A DNA stretch of 64,000 bases from Dehalococcoidia bacterium (GTDB taxonomy: Bacteria; Chloroflexota; Dehalococcoidia; Lucifugimonadales; JAGWBF01): NCBI GenBank assembly GCA_965261965.1, contig OZ253489.1, forward strand, positions 130,969-194,968. Reading direction: 5' to 3'. Below the pieces are notes generated by a model, which saw nothing but the letters and a program-made list of their open reading frames with translations, made no database searches and was not told the DNA's origin. Positions within the stretch are counted from its first letter, which is position 1. Every line of letters starts with the position of its first letter. Position numbers and translations under genes: made by a program. Below are positions 26,986 through 37,142 of the stretch, piece by piece.

Positions 26986-27735
26986 ATGAATATCCATATT
27001 CTGACATTGTTTCCTGATCTGTTTCACGGTCCCTTGCATACCAGCATGATGGGTCGAGCGCTGGAGCGGGGGCTGGTGCAGGCGCACGTGGATGATATCC
27101 GCAGCCACACCTCCGATATCCACAAGACCGCCGATGATTATCAGTACGGCGGCGGTCCGGGGATGGTGATGAAACCCGAACCCATCTTTGAAGCAGTCGA
27201 AGCTGCACTGGGCAGCTTTTCTACCGAGGCCGCCCCCGGTGTTCCCGTCATCCTGCTATCTCCTCAAGGCAGGATATTCACCCAGGCAGTTGCAGGAGAA
27301 TTGGCATCCAAGGAAGGGATGGTTCTCATCTGCGGCCACTACGGGGGTGTGGATGAACGAGTACGGGCGCATCTGGCGACCGACGAGCTCAGCATTGGAG
27401 ACTACATCCTGACCGGCGGCGAGTTGCCGGCGATGGTCATGATAGATGCAATAGCCCGGCTGATCCCAGGCGTGGTGGGTTCGGAGGACAGCGTATCCGA
27501 AGATTCCCTGACAACAGGCTTCTTGCAGCATCCCCTGTACACCCGGCCCCAATGGTACCGAGACCTTGAGGTGCCGCCGGTGTTGCTATCGGGCAATCAT
27601 GGAGAGGTCAACCGTTGGAGGCGGGAACGTTCATTGCTTAGGACCTTGCAGCAGCGGCCCGATCTGTTGGAGAAAGCCGACCTGAGCAACGATGATCTGA
27701 AGTACCTGCGCTCCCAAGGTTACGAGCGCCCATAG
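26986..27735 (+). CDS. trmD: tRNA (guanine37-N1)-methyltransferase
   Basis: 249 aa. ILTLFPDLF, DDYQYGGGPGMVMKPEP, ICGHYGGVDERV. Confidence 0.92.
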   Translation: MNIHILTLFPDLFHGPLHTSMMGRALERGLVQAHVDDIRSHTSDIHKTADDYQYGGGPGMVMKPEPIFEAVEAALGSFSTEAAPGVPVILLSPQGRIFTQAVAGELASKEGMVLICGHYGGVDERVRAHLATDELSIGDYILTGGELPAMVMIDAIARLIPGVVGSEDSVSEDSLTTGFLQHPLYTRPQWYRDLEVPPVLLSGNHGEVNRWRRERSLLRTLQQRPDLLEKADLSNDDLKYLRSQGYERP

Positions 27736-27778
27736 GGCAGCCCCACGGCCTCCCTAGTAGGAGCTTGGTAAACTCTCG

Positions 27779-29245
27779 TTAGTGATCGCCGCACAGGTGC
27801 AGCCATCTGCGGCCGTCTTCGGCAATCAGGGCGTCCGCAGCTTCTGGCCCCCATGTTCCCGGCTGATAGTAGTGCAGCGGGGGAGCATCGGGGTCGTTCC
27901 AACCCTCCAGCAAGGGATCTACGATGCTCCAAGCTTCTTCGATATGATCGTTTCGGATGAATAACCTGGAATTCCCTTCCAGAGAATCTTGAAGCAGGCG
28001 CTGGTATGCTTCGGGAATCTCCTGACCCCTGAAAGCGGAATCGTAGTGAAACTCCATATTGACCGGCCGGAGGGTTATATCTTGGCCGGGAACCTTAGCT
28101 TCCAACCGCAGGTGGGCGCCCTCGTTCGGCTGGACGCATATCGACAGTATATTCGAGGAAGACCGGTCTTCGCCCCCCAAAGAAAACATGAGACGGGGCG
28201 GCGCTCTGAACTGGATGACGATCTCAGAAACTTTGGATGTCAAGCTTTTTCCTGATCGTAAATAGAAGGGCACCCCTTGCCACCGCCAGTTATCGACGTA
28301 TAGGCGCATAGCTACGAATGTAGGAGTTGTGGAATCGGGGGGCACCCCTTTTTCATCCAGGTAGCCTATGTACTGGCCCCTGGTTGAGCTGGCAGCCGAA
28401 TCTTTGGGTGATTGCCTGCGAATAGCCTTCAGTACATCCACCTTCTTGTCCCTCAACGATTCCGCATCCAGCACACTGGGGGGTTCCATAGCTACGATGG
28501 TCAGGAGTTGTAGCAGGTGGTTCTGCACCATATCGCGGACTACTCCCGACTGATCATAGTAGCCGCCCCGTTCCCCGACAGGGATGTCTTCCGCCACGGT
28601 GATCTGGATGTTGTCCACGAAGTTGCGGTTCCATACCGGCTCGAAGACCGCATTGGCAAACCTGAGTACCAGCAGGTTCTGGACCGTTTCTTTGCCCAAG
28701 AAATGGTCGATGCGAAACACCTGGCGTTCTTCGAAGTGCTCTCGCACACTACCATTGAGCTCTTGGGCTGATTCCAGGTCCCGTCCAAAGGGTTTCTCGA
28801 TGACAACCCTGCGCCAACCTGTATCTTCCTTGGCTGCCCCTGAAGCGCCAAGGCTTTGGATAGCTGCTTGATACAAATTGGGGGCGATGGAAAGGTAAAA
28901 CAAGCGGTTGGCGGGGCGCCGGTCGCCCTCCAGTTCCAGCAGCCGGTCGGATAAACTCCTCAGGTCCTCTGGGGAGTCCACATTGCCCCTCACATAGAAG
29001 ATGCGCTGGGCAAACTGCTCCCACTCTTCCTTCTGGGCTCTGAAGGCGCCAATCTGACCCATTTTGTCCCAAGAGTACTGCCTGAAAGCTTCGTCCGAGT
29101 AATCCGACCTGGCAAACCCGATCATGTTGAACTCTTCGGGCAAGTGCCCTTTGCAGCGAAGGTTGAACAGCTCAGGCAACAACCGCCGCTGGGTCAAGTC
29201 TCCGGTAGCCCCCATGATGACCACAGATGTGGTTTCTCCAGCCAT
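27779..29245 (-). CDS. zwf: Glucose-6-phosphate 1-dehydrogenase
   Basis: The ORF track extends to 29344. The start preferred here is the ATG at 29245 (MAGETTSVVIMGATGDL), with GGAGGTG upstream. RIDHFLGKE active-site motif. Confidence 0.9.
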   Translation of the reverse strand: MAGETTSVVIMGATGDLTQRRLLPELFNLRCKGHLPEEFNMIGFARSDYSDEAFRQYSWDKMGQIGAFRAQKEEWEQFAQRIFYVRGNVDSPEDLRSLSDRLLELEGDRRPANRLFYLSIAPNLYQAAIQSLGASGAAKEDTGWRRVVIEKPFGRDLESAQELNGSVREHFEERQVFRIDHFLGKETVQNLLVLRFANAVFEPVWNRNFVDNIQITVAEDIPVGERGGYYDQSGVVRDMVQNHLLQLLTIVAMEPPSVLDAESLRDKKVDVLKAIRRQSPKDSAASSTRGQYIGYLDEKGVPPDSTTPTFVAMRLYVDNWRWQGVPFYLRSGKSLTSKVSEIVIQFRAPPRLMFSLGGEDRSSSNILSICVQPNEGAHLRLEAKVPGQDITLRPVNMEFHYDSAFRGQEIPEAYQRLLQDSLEGNSRLFIRNDHIEEAWSIVDPLLEGWNDPDAPPLHYYQPGTWGPEAADALIAEDGRRWLHLCGDH

Positions 29246-29390
29246 CTTCCCATACACCTCCGGGCCTCGATGTTGCTTCCATCGGCTGCTTATCTTCAAA
29301 AGAACAAGGAACAGTCGGTATCGTAACCAGCAGCAGCTTGCCAAGTCAACCAGATAGCATTGCAGGGCAACCCCATTTTATACCCCCCAT

Positions 29391-30986
29391 GAGTTTGTCT
29401 CATAGACCGGTGGGCGGGTTGAGTAACACAGGTGTGGGAGCGATGCGCCTCAACAGAGGTTGGCCCGTCCAGTTGCACCGGCCACTTGTCGGCCCCCAGA
29501 AAGGTCGTCTACTCTCTTAGTTCCATGGCGCCTTGACCCAGTCCCAAGGCGCTTGGCCGCTGCGCCATAGCTTGAGCAAGTTATGGGTCGTCCCTGCCAG
29601 CGACCACTCACTCTGTGCAGCGCCCAACCCCCGTCTCATAAACCGTCGGAACCCCTGGCCTTCCTTGACCTGTCCGAACACCGGCTCCACCAGTACACCC
29701 CGCTTCTTGTACAGAGCTCGGCCTCGCTTTGTCAGCAGCTTGCGCTCCATCCTGTCCCTCGGGCTCAGTCCTTTTGGTATACGCCCTCGGGGACACCCCT
29801 TCTCCCATAGCAGCTTCCGCTGTTTCCAATCCTTGGTGGTGGCAATAAGAAGCTCAGGCATCTCTGGCCAGGGGCAAGCCCTGATGTTGGCCTCACTCCA
29901 GTACCCGGCATCGGCCAAGCCCGCTTTGGGCCGGTCCTCTATGCCGGCTGCTTCCAGAGTATGCGCCATGGTTTGGAGCATCGGCTCCAGTTGCTGCACA
30001 TCGTTGGCCTCTTGGGTCACTCCAACGGCTACTATGATCTGCTCCTCGCTCACCACCGCCTGGGCATTGTAGCCCTGCACGTACCCTTGCCTGGTCTTCA
30101 TGATACGACTGTCCGGGTCGGTGGTATTAGCCTTCGCCCCTTCGGTAGGAAGTGGCTCTACCACCTTGGGCTTTCGCCCTCGCTTCTTTTTGCCTGTGAC
30201 ATCTTCTTCTGCCCGCCGTCGCTCCACGTGCTCTTGGACAGCCTTGGCTCCTGCTTCAGCCTCCCGCTGCAGACGTTCCTTGGCTTCCTTCAGGCGCTTG
30301 AGCCGCTCCGTCCGTCCCCCTAGCCCTTCCGGTAGCTCATCCCCTCGCCGGTCGGGACCATAATGGGCATCCTCTTCAGCATCCGTTGCCTTGGCCTCTG
30401 CCAACATGCGCCGCACTTCTTCTTCAATGGCCTGGTGGCTCCGGTTGGTGGCCAGGGCCGCGTTGGCTGCCACCTTCGTCCCATCAAGAGCCACTACCCC
30501 CAACTTCACCAGACCCGCTTCATGGCATAACCTCAGTACCTCTACAAAGAGCTCCTCGAACGCCTCCTCGCGCTCCGCCCTAAAGCGACAGATGGTACGG
30601 AAGTCTGGCTGCCGGTTGGCCGCCACCACCCGGAATCCTACATCTTCCTCCAGAGCACGGGCTATGCGCCTGGAACTGCGTACACCCAGGCAGTAGCCGT
30701 ACAACAGGATGGCCACCATCATCCCCGGATCGTAGGCCGCTGCACCCCATCCATCACTTCGATAGACTGCATAGAACTCCCTCAGATCCATCTGGCCTAC
30801 TGCATCTACAATGAACCAAGCCAAGTGACCCTCACTCAGCCAATCCCTCATGGACGGCGGCATCAAGTAGCTCTGGTCTCGCTCGCAACTCAGAAGGTTA
30901 TAAGCCATAGTGTCCTACCTGCCTGATGTTTCTATGAGCTTACTGCTTCGCCAACCCCGCAGGAAGGGGGTTTATGGGACACGCTC
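29391..30986 (-). mobile_element. IS1182/IS5-like insertion sequence, copy 1 (1596 bp)
   Basis: Imperfect terminal inverted repeats GAGTTTGTCTCATAGACC (left end) and GAGCGTGTCCCATAAACC (reverse complement of the right end). A 4-bp direct repeat CCAT lies on both flanks (29387-29390, 30987-30990). Confidence 0.85.
29517..30908 (-). CDS. IS1182/IS5-family DDE transposase
   Basis: 463 aa. N-terminal DUF772-like region (YDPGMMVAILLYGYCLGVRSSRRI), a central charged coiled segment and a C-terminal DDE region. The family name is from memory. Confidence 0.88.
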   Translation of the reverse strand: MAYNLLSCERDQSYLMPPSMRDWLSEGHLAWFIVDAVGQMDLREFYAVYRSDGWGAAAYDPGMMVAILLYGYCLGVRSSRRIARALEEDVGFRVVAANRQPDFRTICRFRAEREEAFEELFVEVLRLCHEAGLVKLGVVALDGTKVAANAALATNRSHQAIEEEVRRMLAEAKATDAEEDAHYGPDRRGDELPEGLGGRTERLKRLKEAKERLQREAEAGAKAVQEHVERRRAEEDVTGKKKRGRKPKVVEPLPTEGAKANTTDPDSRIMKTRQGYVQGYNAQAVVSEEQIIVAVGVTQEANDVQQLEPMLQTMAHTLEAAGIEDRPKAGLADAGYWSEANIRACPWPEMPELLIATTKDWKQRKLLWEKGCPRGRIPKGLSPRDRMERKLLTKRGRALYKKRGVLVEPVFGQVKEGQGFRRFMRRGLGAAQSEWSLAGTTHNLLKLWRSGQAPWDWVKAPWN

Positions 30987-31095
30987 CCATACAGGAAATT
31001 ATTCAGAAGCGCTTGTTCGGCTGGGGACGATTCCGAAATTCAGTTCAACAGGAAAGCGCACCGGACCTACCTCCGGGTAATGTAGAATATCGAAC

Positions 31096-32406
31096 GTGAT
31101 GACCAGTATCCACAAAACAGCAGCTTTCATGATGTTGGCGTTGGCGGGGGCTATGGGTGTGGTTGCTGTAGCATCTGTGGTCGGGTGCGGGACAAACAGC
31201 CGTGGCCCAGATGCTGAGGTGGCGCCTCAAGTAGAACCTGTCGAAACCCGTGGGCTGACACCGGAGGACACCCCGCCAGCCCATGAGGCGACCCCAACCT
31301 TGGGCCGGTTTGCGCCACTGGTCGATCCAGACCCCAACTACCAAGATGCGTTGGATAATGCCCAGTTCCATGACGGTTTCTGGACCCTCACGGATTTCAG
31401 CAGGCATACGGTTCCTTTGCGAGAGATCATGTCAGGCGGCCCGCCTCCTGATGGCATCCCAGCCATCAACGATCCCCAGTTCGTTCCGTTATCTGAAGCT
31501 GACTCTTGGCTGCGAAATGAAGAGCCAGTAGTTGCTATCGAAATCGAAGGTGATGCCAGAGCTTATCCTCTGCAGATACTGATCTATCATGAGATCGTCA
31601 ACGATGTTGTGGGCGGCGTTCCGGTGATGATAACCTTCTGCCCCCTGTGCAACTCAGCTGTCATGTTCGAACGGACCGTGGATGGCGAGGTGCTCAGCTT
31701 CGGGACCACTGGGAACCTGCGAAACAGCGACCTGATAATGTATGACCGCCAGACCCAGTCTTGGTGGCAGCAGATCACCGGCGAAGGGATCGTCGGCCTG
31801 ATGGCCGGCCGCCAGCTGACCTTCCTGCCTGCCTCCATCATTTCTTGGCCGGACTTCAAGGCTGCCTACCCAGATGGAAAGGTGTTGTCGAAAGACACCG
31901 GGTACCGGCGGGACTATGGCATCAACCCCTACCGCGGATACGATAAAGCTGATAAACCTCCCATCTTCTTCGATGGTGTAGTCGACGGCCGCTTGCCTCC
32001 CAAGGAGCGAATTGTTGCGGTGACGCTGAATGATGTCGATGTAGCATTTCCGTTCACCATCTTGAAGGAAGAAAGGGTGGTGACCTACCGAGTAGGCCAA
32101 CGTGACATGGTGGTGTTCTTCCAGGATGGCGCCCAATCAGCTTTGGATTCGGAGCTATTCGGATTCTCCAAGGATGTGGGCTCTACGGGAGTGTTCGATC
32201 CGGTTCTGGAAGGTAGGGAGCTTGGTTTCAGCTATTCGGACGGGCGAATTATCGACGACCAGACGGGCAGCGCCTGGAACATCTTGGGACATGCTGTGGC
32301 TGGAGAGCTCGTCGGCAAAATGCTGACCCAGATCATTCATGGCAACCACTTCTGGTTCGCATGGGCTGCTTTCAAACCCTCAACGATAATCTATCCAGGC
32401 AGATGA
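31096..32406 (+). CDS. DUF3179 domain protein, secreted
   Basis: 436 aa. N-terminal signal/lipobox-like segment (VASVVGCG). PPDGIPAINDPQF and YHEIVND motifs typical of DUF3179. Confidence 0.8.
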   Translation: MMTSIHKTAAFMMLALAGAMGVVAVASVVGCGTNSRGPDAEVAPQVEPVETRGLTPEDTPPAHEATPTLGRFAPLVDPDPNYQDALDNAQFHDGFWTLTDFSRHTVPLREIMSGGPPPDGIPAINDPQFVPLSEADSWLRNEEPVVAIEIEGDARAYPLQILIYHEIVNDVVGGVPVMITFCPLCNSAVMFERTVDGEVLSFGTTGNLRNSDLIMYDRQTQSWWQQITGEGIVGLMAGRQLTFLPASIISWPDFKAAYPDGKVLSKDTGYRRDYGINPYRGYDKADKPPIFFDGVVDGRLPPKERIVAVTLNDVDVAFPFTILKEERVVTYRVGQRDMVVFFQDGAQSALDSELFGFSKDVGSTGVFDPVLEGRELGFSYSDGRIIDDQTGSAWNILGHAVAGELVGKMLTQIIHGNHFWFAWAAFKPSTIIYPGR

Positions 32407-32439
32407 TCTATCCAGGCATCAGCTAAGCCCTGCCGCAAC

Positions 32440-33860
32440 CAGTCATCCTCCATAAACTAAATCTCGAGCGCCTCCCCCCTCCGTCATCCCGCCCTCCCTC
32501 CCCCCCGTCATCCCGCCCGCCCTCCCCCCCGTCATCCCGCCCGCCCTCCTCACTGTCATTCCGAACGCCCTCCTCACTGTCATTCCGAACCTCCCCCGCT
32601 GTCATTCCGAACCGCAGCGAGGAATCTAAAATCCCGGCGACCCACAATGGCCCGTCATAGTAACCAACCAGACATCAGAGCGGCATCTTAGATTCCTCGT
32701 CGTGCGCTCCTCGGAATGACATAAAGAAACTGCTCCTCAGAATGACAATAAAGGAAGGCGCCCCTCAGGACGACAACAAAAGAAGGGCGCTCTTCGGAAT
32801 GACAGTGAGGGATCTCGCCCTCCTTATCGTCATCCCCATTCCGAGGAGTGCCTCCCCCGCTGTCATTCCGAACCGCGGTGAGGAATCTAAAATCCCGGCG
32901 ACCCACAATGGCCCGTCGTAGTAACCAACCAGACATCAGAGCGGCATCTTAGATTCCTCGTCGTGCGCTCCTCGGAATGACAGTAAGGGAGGCGCCCCTC
33001 AGAATGACAGGGCGGAGGCACTCCTCGGAATGACAGTGCAGGAAGGGCGCTCCTCGGAATGACAGTGCAGGAAGGGCGCTCCTCGGAATGACAGTGAGGG
33101 AGGCGCTCCTCGGAATGACAGTGCGGGGAGCTCGCCCTCCTTATCGTCATCCCCATTCCGAGGAGTGCCTCCGCCCTGTCATTCCGAACCTCCCCCGCCG
33201 TCATTCCGAACGGACTCTCTGTCCGTCCGACCCTCCCCTCGCTGTCATTCCGAACCGCGGTGAGGAATCTAAAATCCCGGCGACCCACAATGGCCCGTCG
33301 TAGTAACCAACCAGACATCAAAGCGGCATCTTAGATTCCTCGTCGTGCGCTCCTCGGAATGACATAAAGAAGGTGCTCCGCGGAATGACAGTGAGGGAGG
33401 CGCTCCTCGGAATGACAGTGCAGGGAGGCGCTCGTCGGAATGACAGTGAGGGGAGGCGCTCCTCGGAATGACAGCGAGGGGAGGTGCTCCTCGGAATGAC
33501 AGTGAGGGGAGGCGCTCCTCGGAATGACAGTGCAGGAACGGCACTCCTCGGAATGACAGCGAGGGAGCTCGCCCTCCTTATCGTCATCCCCATTCCGAGG
33601 AGCGCCTCTCCCAATGTCATTCCGAACCTCCCCCCTGTCATTCCGAACGGGCCCCCGTCATTCCGAACCTTCCCCGCTGTCATTCCGAACCGCAGTGAGG
33701 AATCTAAAATCTCCCTCCGATGGCCTGCCCGTTACTACGACGGTCCTTCAGGTGAGCCAGCAGCTTAGATTCCTTGTCGTGCGCGCCTCAGAATGACAGT
33801 AAAGGGAAGGCGGTCCGCAGAATGACGGTGATGGGAGGCACCCCGGAGGATAAAGATAAG
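32440..33860 (+). repeat. Family A array 4
   Basis: Copies at 32601-32720, 32862-32981 and 33244-33363 (core inverted relative to array 1) and at 33679-33797 (core as in array 1). About eight ~31-bp CTCCTCGGAATGACAG sub-repeats lie at 33340-33570. Confidence 0.85.
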
Positions 33861-33937
33861 GGGCGGGCTGTTGGCTGCGTTTCTGGCCGGGTGTGAACAG
33901 GTTACGTCTTGCTAATGTATCCTCAAACCCCTTCGCA

Positions 33938-33965
33938 TTGACTTTATTTTGGATAGATATATACT
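33938..33965 (+). promoter_or_regulatory. Candidate promoter for the second LLM gene
   Basis: TTGACT (33938-33943), 16 nt, TATACT (33960-33965). GAGGAG RBS before the ATG at 34014. Confidence 0.4.
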
Positions 33966-34013
33966 TCCAGTGTCGTACTTGGGACGACTGACCACATACA
34001 GAGGAGTTGGCAT

Positions 34014-35006
34014 ATGCCTGATACAAAATTTGGAATTCTAATAGGTGGCACATGGCCCCAAGGACTACCGTCGGGCAATGAGCTTATGGATTTTGTCCGC
34101 GGGGCTGAAGCTGCGGGCTACGATTCTATCCACACCAGCGATCATATCGCCAGCCCGCCCGAAGGGTTGGCCCCGTCGATCAATGCTTTCCCCTTCTTGG
34201 CCGCCTCCGCCGCAATTACCAAGAAGGTCAAACTGGGTCTCTATCCCGTGGCAATGCCTCTATACAATGCAACCATCGTGGGCAGCTTGATGCTCAGCAT
34301 CCACCACATATCCAACGGTCGTGCTATCTTCTGCACAGCATCCGGTTTCGGATTCCCGGTGGAGTTGGAAGCTGTGGGTGTCGCCTTGCCTGAGCGGCCC
34401 GTCAGAAACACGGAGGGCATGGACTTGGTTTCCAAGCTATGGACCGAAGATAATGTGACCTTCGAAGGGCAGTACAACAAGACCACCAACCTCAACATGA
34501 CCTTGAAGAATGCCGTCCCCAACACCATTCCCACATGGGTGAATGGACGCCACGATTCAGCTTTGCGCCGGGCTGTTAGCGCCGGGGAAGCTTGGGCGGC
34601 GCCGATGGTAACTCCCCAAGAGTTTGCCGAAAAGCGAGCTACCGTTCAGCAATACGCTGAAGAAGCAGGCCGAGACCTCGAGACGGGTTTTGAATGGGTC
34701 GTAGAGGTCGGATTTAACATAAATAACGACCGGAACAAGGCCGCAGCCGAAGCAGAAGGCTCCATTGAGCAGCGACCGGACAAGCAGAGCACCACGGGCC
34801 AAGCTCCCACCGAAGACCTCGTTGGTCAAGCTGCTGCGTTGGGCAGCCCTGAAGAATGCATCAGCAAGGTGCGGGAATATGTCGATGCCGGAGCCAGTTG
34901 GATCGTCGCCACACCGCTGTGCCCCTTGTCAGGCTTTGATGGCCAGATGCACCAGTTCGCTGAAAAGGTAATGTCCAGCTTCAAGGCGGTAAAGGCTACA
35001 GCTTAA
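34014..35006 (+). CDS. LLM-class F420/flavin-dependent oxidoreductase
   Basis: 330 aa. Paralogous in architecture to 18371-19324 and 51994-52941. Confidence 0.85.
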   Translation: MPDTKFGILIGGTWPQGLPSGNELMDFVRGAEAAGYDSIHTSDHIASPPEGLAPSINAFPFLAASAAITKKVKLGLYPVAMPLYNATIVGSLMLSIHHISNGRAIFCTASGFGFPVELEAVGVALPERPVRNTEGMDLVSKLWTEDNVTFEGQYNKTTNLNMTLKNAVPNTIPTWVNGRHDSALRRAVSAGEAWAAPMVTPQEFAEKRATVQQYAEEAGRDLETGFEWVVEVGFNINNDRNKAAAEAEGSIEQRPDKQSTTGQAPTEDLVGQAAALGSPEECISKVREYVDAGASWIVATPLCPLSGFDGQMHQFAEKVMSSFKAVKATA

Positions 35007-35063
35007 CCCGTTTCGGCGGCGCCTAGCCATCCAGTCTTTTCTGTGAAACCCGGAAACCAGCAA

Positions 35064-35098
35064 GATCACCCCGGCGAAGGCCGGGGTGATCTGTTATT
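35064..35098 (+). terminator. Intrinsic terminator hairpin after the LLM gene
   Basis: 12-bp perfect stem GATCACCCCGGC (35064-35075), GAAG loop, GCCGGGGTGATC (35080-35091), followed by TGTTATTAAAA. Confidence 0.6.
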
Positions 35099-35124
35099 AA
35101 AAGGCCGGGGGGTGGCGTGGCAGT

Positions 35125-35545
35125 GAAAAGCTGGGGCGCTACTCCGGCTGATGCACGGCGACGGGCATGGTGGGTCTGTCAGCAAACCAGATGGCAACTC
35201 CTCCCAGGGCGGTCAGTCCGGCAAACACCGAAAAGCTGGGGGCGCTACTCCGGCTGATGCACGGCGACAGGCATGGTGGATCTATCAGCAAACCAGATGG
35301 CAACCCCTCCTAGGGCGGTCAGTCCGGCAAACACCGAAAAGCTGGGGAGCTACTCTGGCTGATGCACGGCGACGGGCATGGTGGGTCTGTCAGCAAACCA
35401 GATGGCAACTCCTCCTAGGGCGGTCAGTCCGGCAAACACCAAAAAGCTGGGGCGCTACTCCGGCTGATGCACGGCGACGGGCATGGTGGGTCTGTCAGCA
35501 AACCAGATGGCAACTCCTCCCAGGGCGGTCAGTCCGGCAAACACC
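35125..35545. repeat. ~105-bp tandem repeat x4 made of the MFS gene 3' end
   Basis: Units start at 35125, 35230, 35336 and 35441. Each holds 14 nt of downstream sequence, the stop codon and the last ~29 codons (..[23 protein letters not shown]). Only the fourth unit is joined to the gene. Confidence 0.9.
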
Positions 35546-36777
35546 AAAAAGGGAATAAGATAGGACCCTCGGGTGTCGAACATGTAGCCGGCGAATAGGG
35601 GAGCCACCATCATGCCGATGTTGTTGGGCAGCTGAGACAGCCCCATGATGGTGGCAAAGGACTTCCGCCCGAAGTAATCTCCCCGGATTGCGGTCAGCAG
35701 AGGCACCCGTCCACCGAACCCTATGCCATAAAACACCGCGAACACGTAGACCATCGCCACATTATCCGCGAATGCTATCACCGTTATGCCCACCGTCTGG
35801 AACGCTATGAACACAAAAATCGCCGCCGGCTTGGATGTCCGGTCAGCCAGGTATCCGGCCATGGTCTGGGTTGGCAGCGCCACGGCGGTATAGGTCAACA
35901 CCACTATCCCGGCAGAGCTCAATGACATCCCCATATCCGTCAGCTTCGGCACCAAATGAAGAGCCAAGCTCACTATGGCTACGCTGGAAGATAGATGAAC
36001 AAAGGAGATGATCCAAAAAGCCCGGGTGCGCAGGGCTTGCCTGGCGGTGAACTCCGGTTCTTCGAACCCGGCGGATTCAGTCCTTGATCCCGTACTAGCC
36101 GGCCGTGGAGGATCGCCGTCAGGGAGGAGTCCGTGGTCTTCGGGACGGTTGCGAATGAACTTGGTTGCAGGCAAGCAGAACAGCAGGACGAAGACCCCGA
36201 TGCCAAGGGTAGCTTTATGAAAGCCCACCGTATCGATCACCACAGCCAGGACTGAAACCAGCAGCCCGGCAATATGAATGCCGGACATGGCGGACGACAT
36301 AGCAATGGACCGCTTTCTGATGAACCAGTTGTTGACGATGGTGATGGAAGCGAGCCAACCCCCCAGGCCGGAGCCCACGGTGAGAATGATGAACGCCAGG
36401 TAGAATTGCCAGATCTGTTCGACCGTGGAAAGATAGATGAAGCCGCACCCCATGATCGAGAAGCCGATGAAAATCATCCGGCGGCTGCCGAAGTGGTCGA
36501 TCAGAAATCCTTCTATGGGACCGATAGCTGCACCCTGCACCCGGGAAAAGGCGAAAGCTCCCGATAAGGCAGTCCGGCTCCAGCCGAACTGACGTTCCAG
36601 AGCTACCATGTATGTGCCCACACCTTGGAAAACCCCCAACGACATGACCGATATCAAGAAAGAGACCACAGCAACCATCTTCCAGCCATAGAAGATGCTG
36701 CCTTTCCCACCTGAACGGCCCAAGAACCGGTCATCCATCTCCTGGGAAGAGCGGCGGCTATCCTTGTCAGCGGACAT
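35455..36777 (-). CDS. MFS transporter
   Basis: 440 aa with about 12 hydrophobic segments in a 6+6 arrangement and a central hydrophilic loop. Confidence 0.85.
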   Translation of the reverse strand: MSADKDSRRSSQEMDDRFLGRSGGKGSIFYGWKMVAVVSFLISVMSLGVFQGVGTYMVALERQFGWSRTALSGAFAFSRVQGAAIGPIEGFLIDHFGSRRMIFIGFSIMGCGFIYLSTVEQIWQFYLAFIILTVGSGLGGWLASITIVNNWFIRKRSIAMSSAMSGIHIAGLLVSVLAVVIDTVGFHKATLGIGVFVLLFCLPATKFIRNRPEDHGLLPDGDPPRPASTGSRTESAGFEEPEFTARQALRTRAFWIISFVHLSSSVAIVSLALHLVPKLTDMGMSLSSAGIVVLTYTAVALPTQTMAGYLADRTSKPAAIFVFIAFQTVGITVIAFADNVAMVYVFAVFYGIGFGGRVPLLTAIRGDYFGRKSFATIMGLSQLPNNIGMMVAPLFAGYMFDTRGSYLIPFLVFAGLTALGGVAIWFADRPTMPVAVHQPE

Positions 36778-37104
36778 GGAACACCGTCAACGAGGGGATA
36801 ATGACAAGACAGGCGCCAGCCGAGTACATTTCCCTGCAAGTATGCTTAGCCCGGACCATATGGAAGATTATCAACCCCACAAGCAAAACAGATATTACGT
36901 GTCCGCCAATATTATACAATGATGGGTGTCAAGAAGTGTTGCGACCAAGGGTGCAACATAGGATATTTTATTGTCATGTTGGACGGTGCGGTATCTTTGG
37001 AAGCGGCGGCGTTGTGGGGCTGTTAGAACAGCATTTGTCCGTTCGATTACCTCCCCGAAGCTTGATGGGGTGGCAGCCTTTGCTTCTGTGGATGATACTC
37101 TTTG

Positions 37105-37133
37105 TTGACTGGGAAGCATGGCGCCAATATCAT
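37105..37133 (+). promoter_or_regulatory. Candidate promoter placed to give a leaderless or near-leaderless tsaD mRNA
   Basis: TTGACT (37105-37110), 17 nt, TATCAT (37128-37133). The ATG is at 37143, only 9 nt after the -10 box, and there is no SD sequence. Confidence 0.4.
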
Positions 37134-37142
37134 CATACGGTT

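Noticed and set aside
36801-37142. 114-aa N-terminal extension of tsaD in the ORF track
   Set aside because: The conserved TsaD N-terminus ([11 protein letters not shown]) starts right after the ATG at 37143. The extension has no similarity to anything recognisable and contains a consensus-like promoter.
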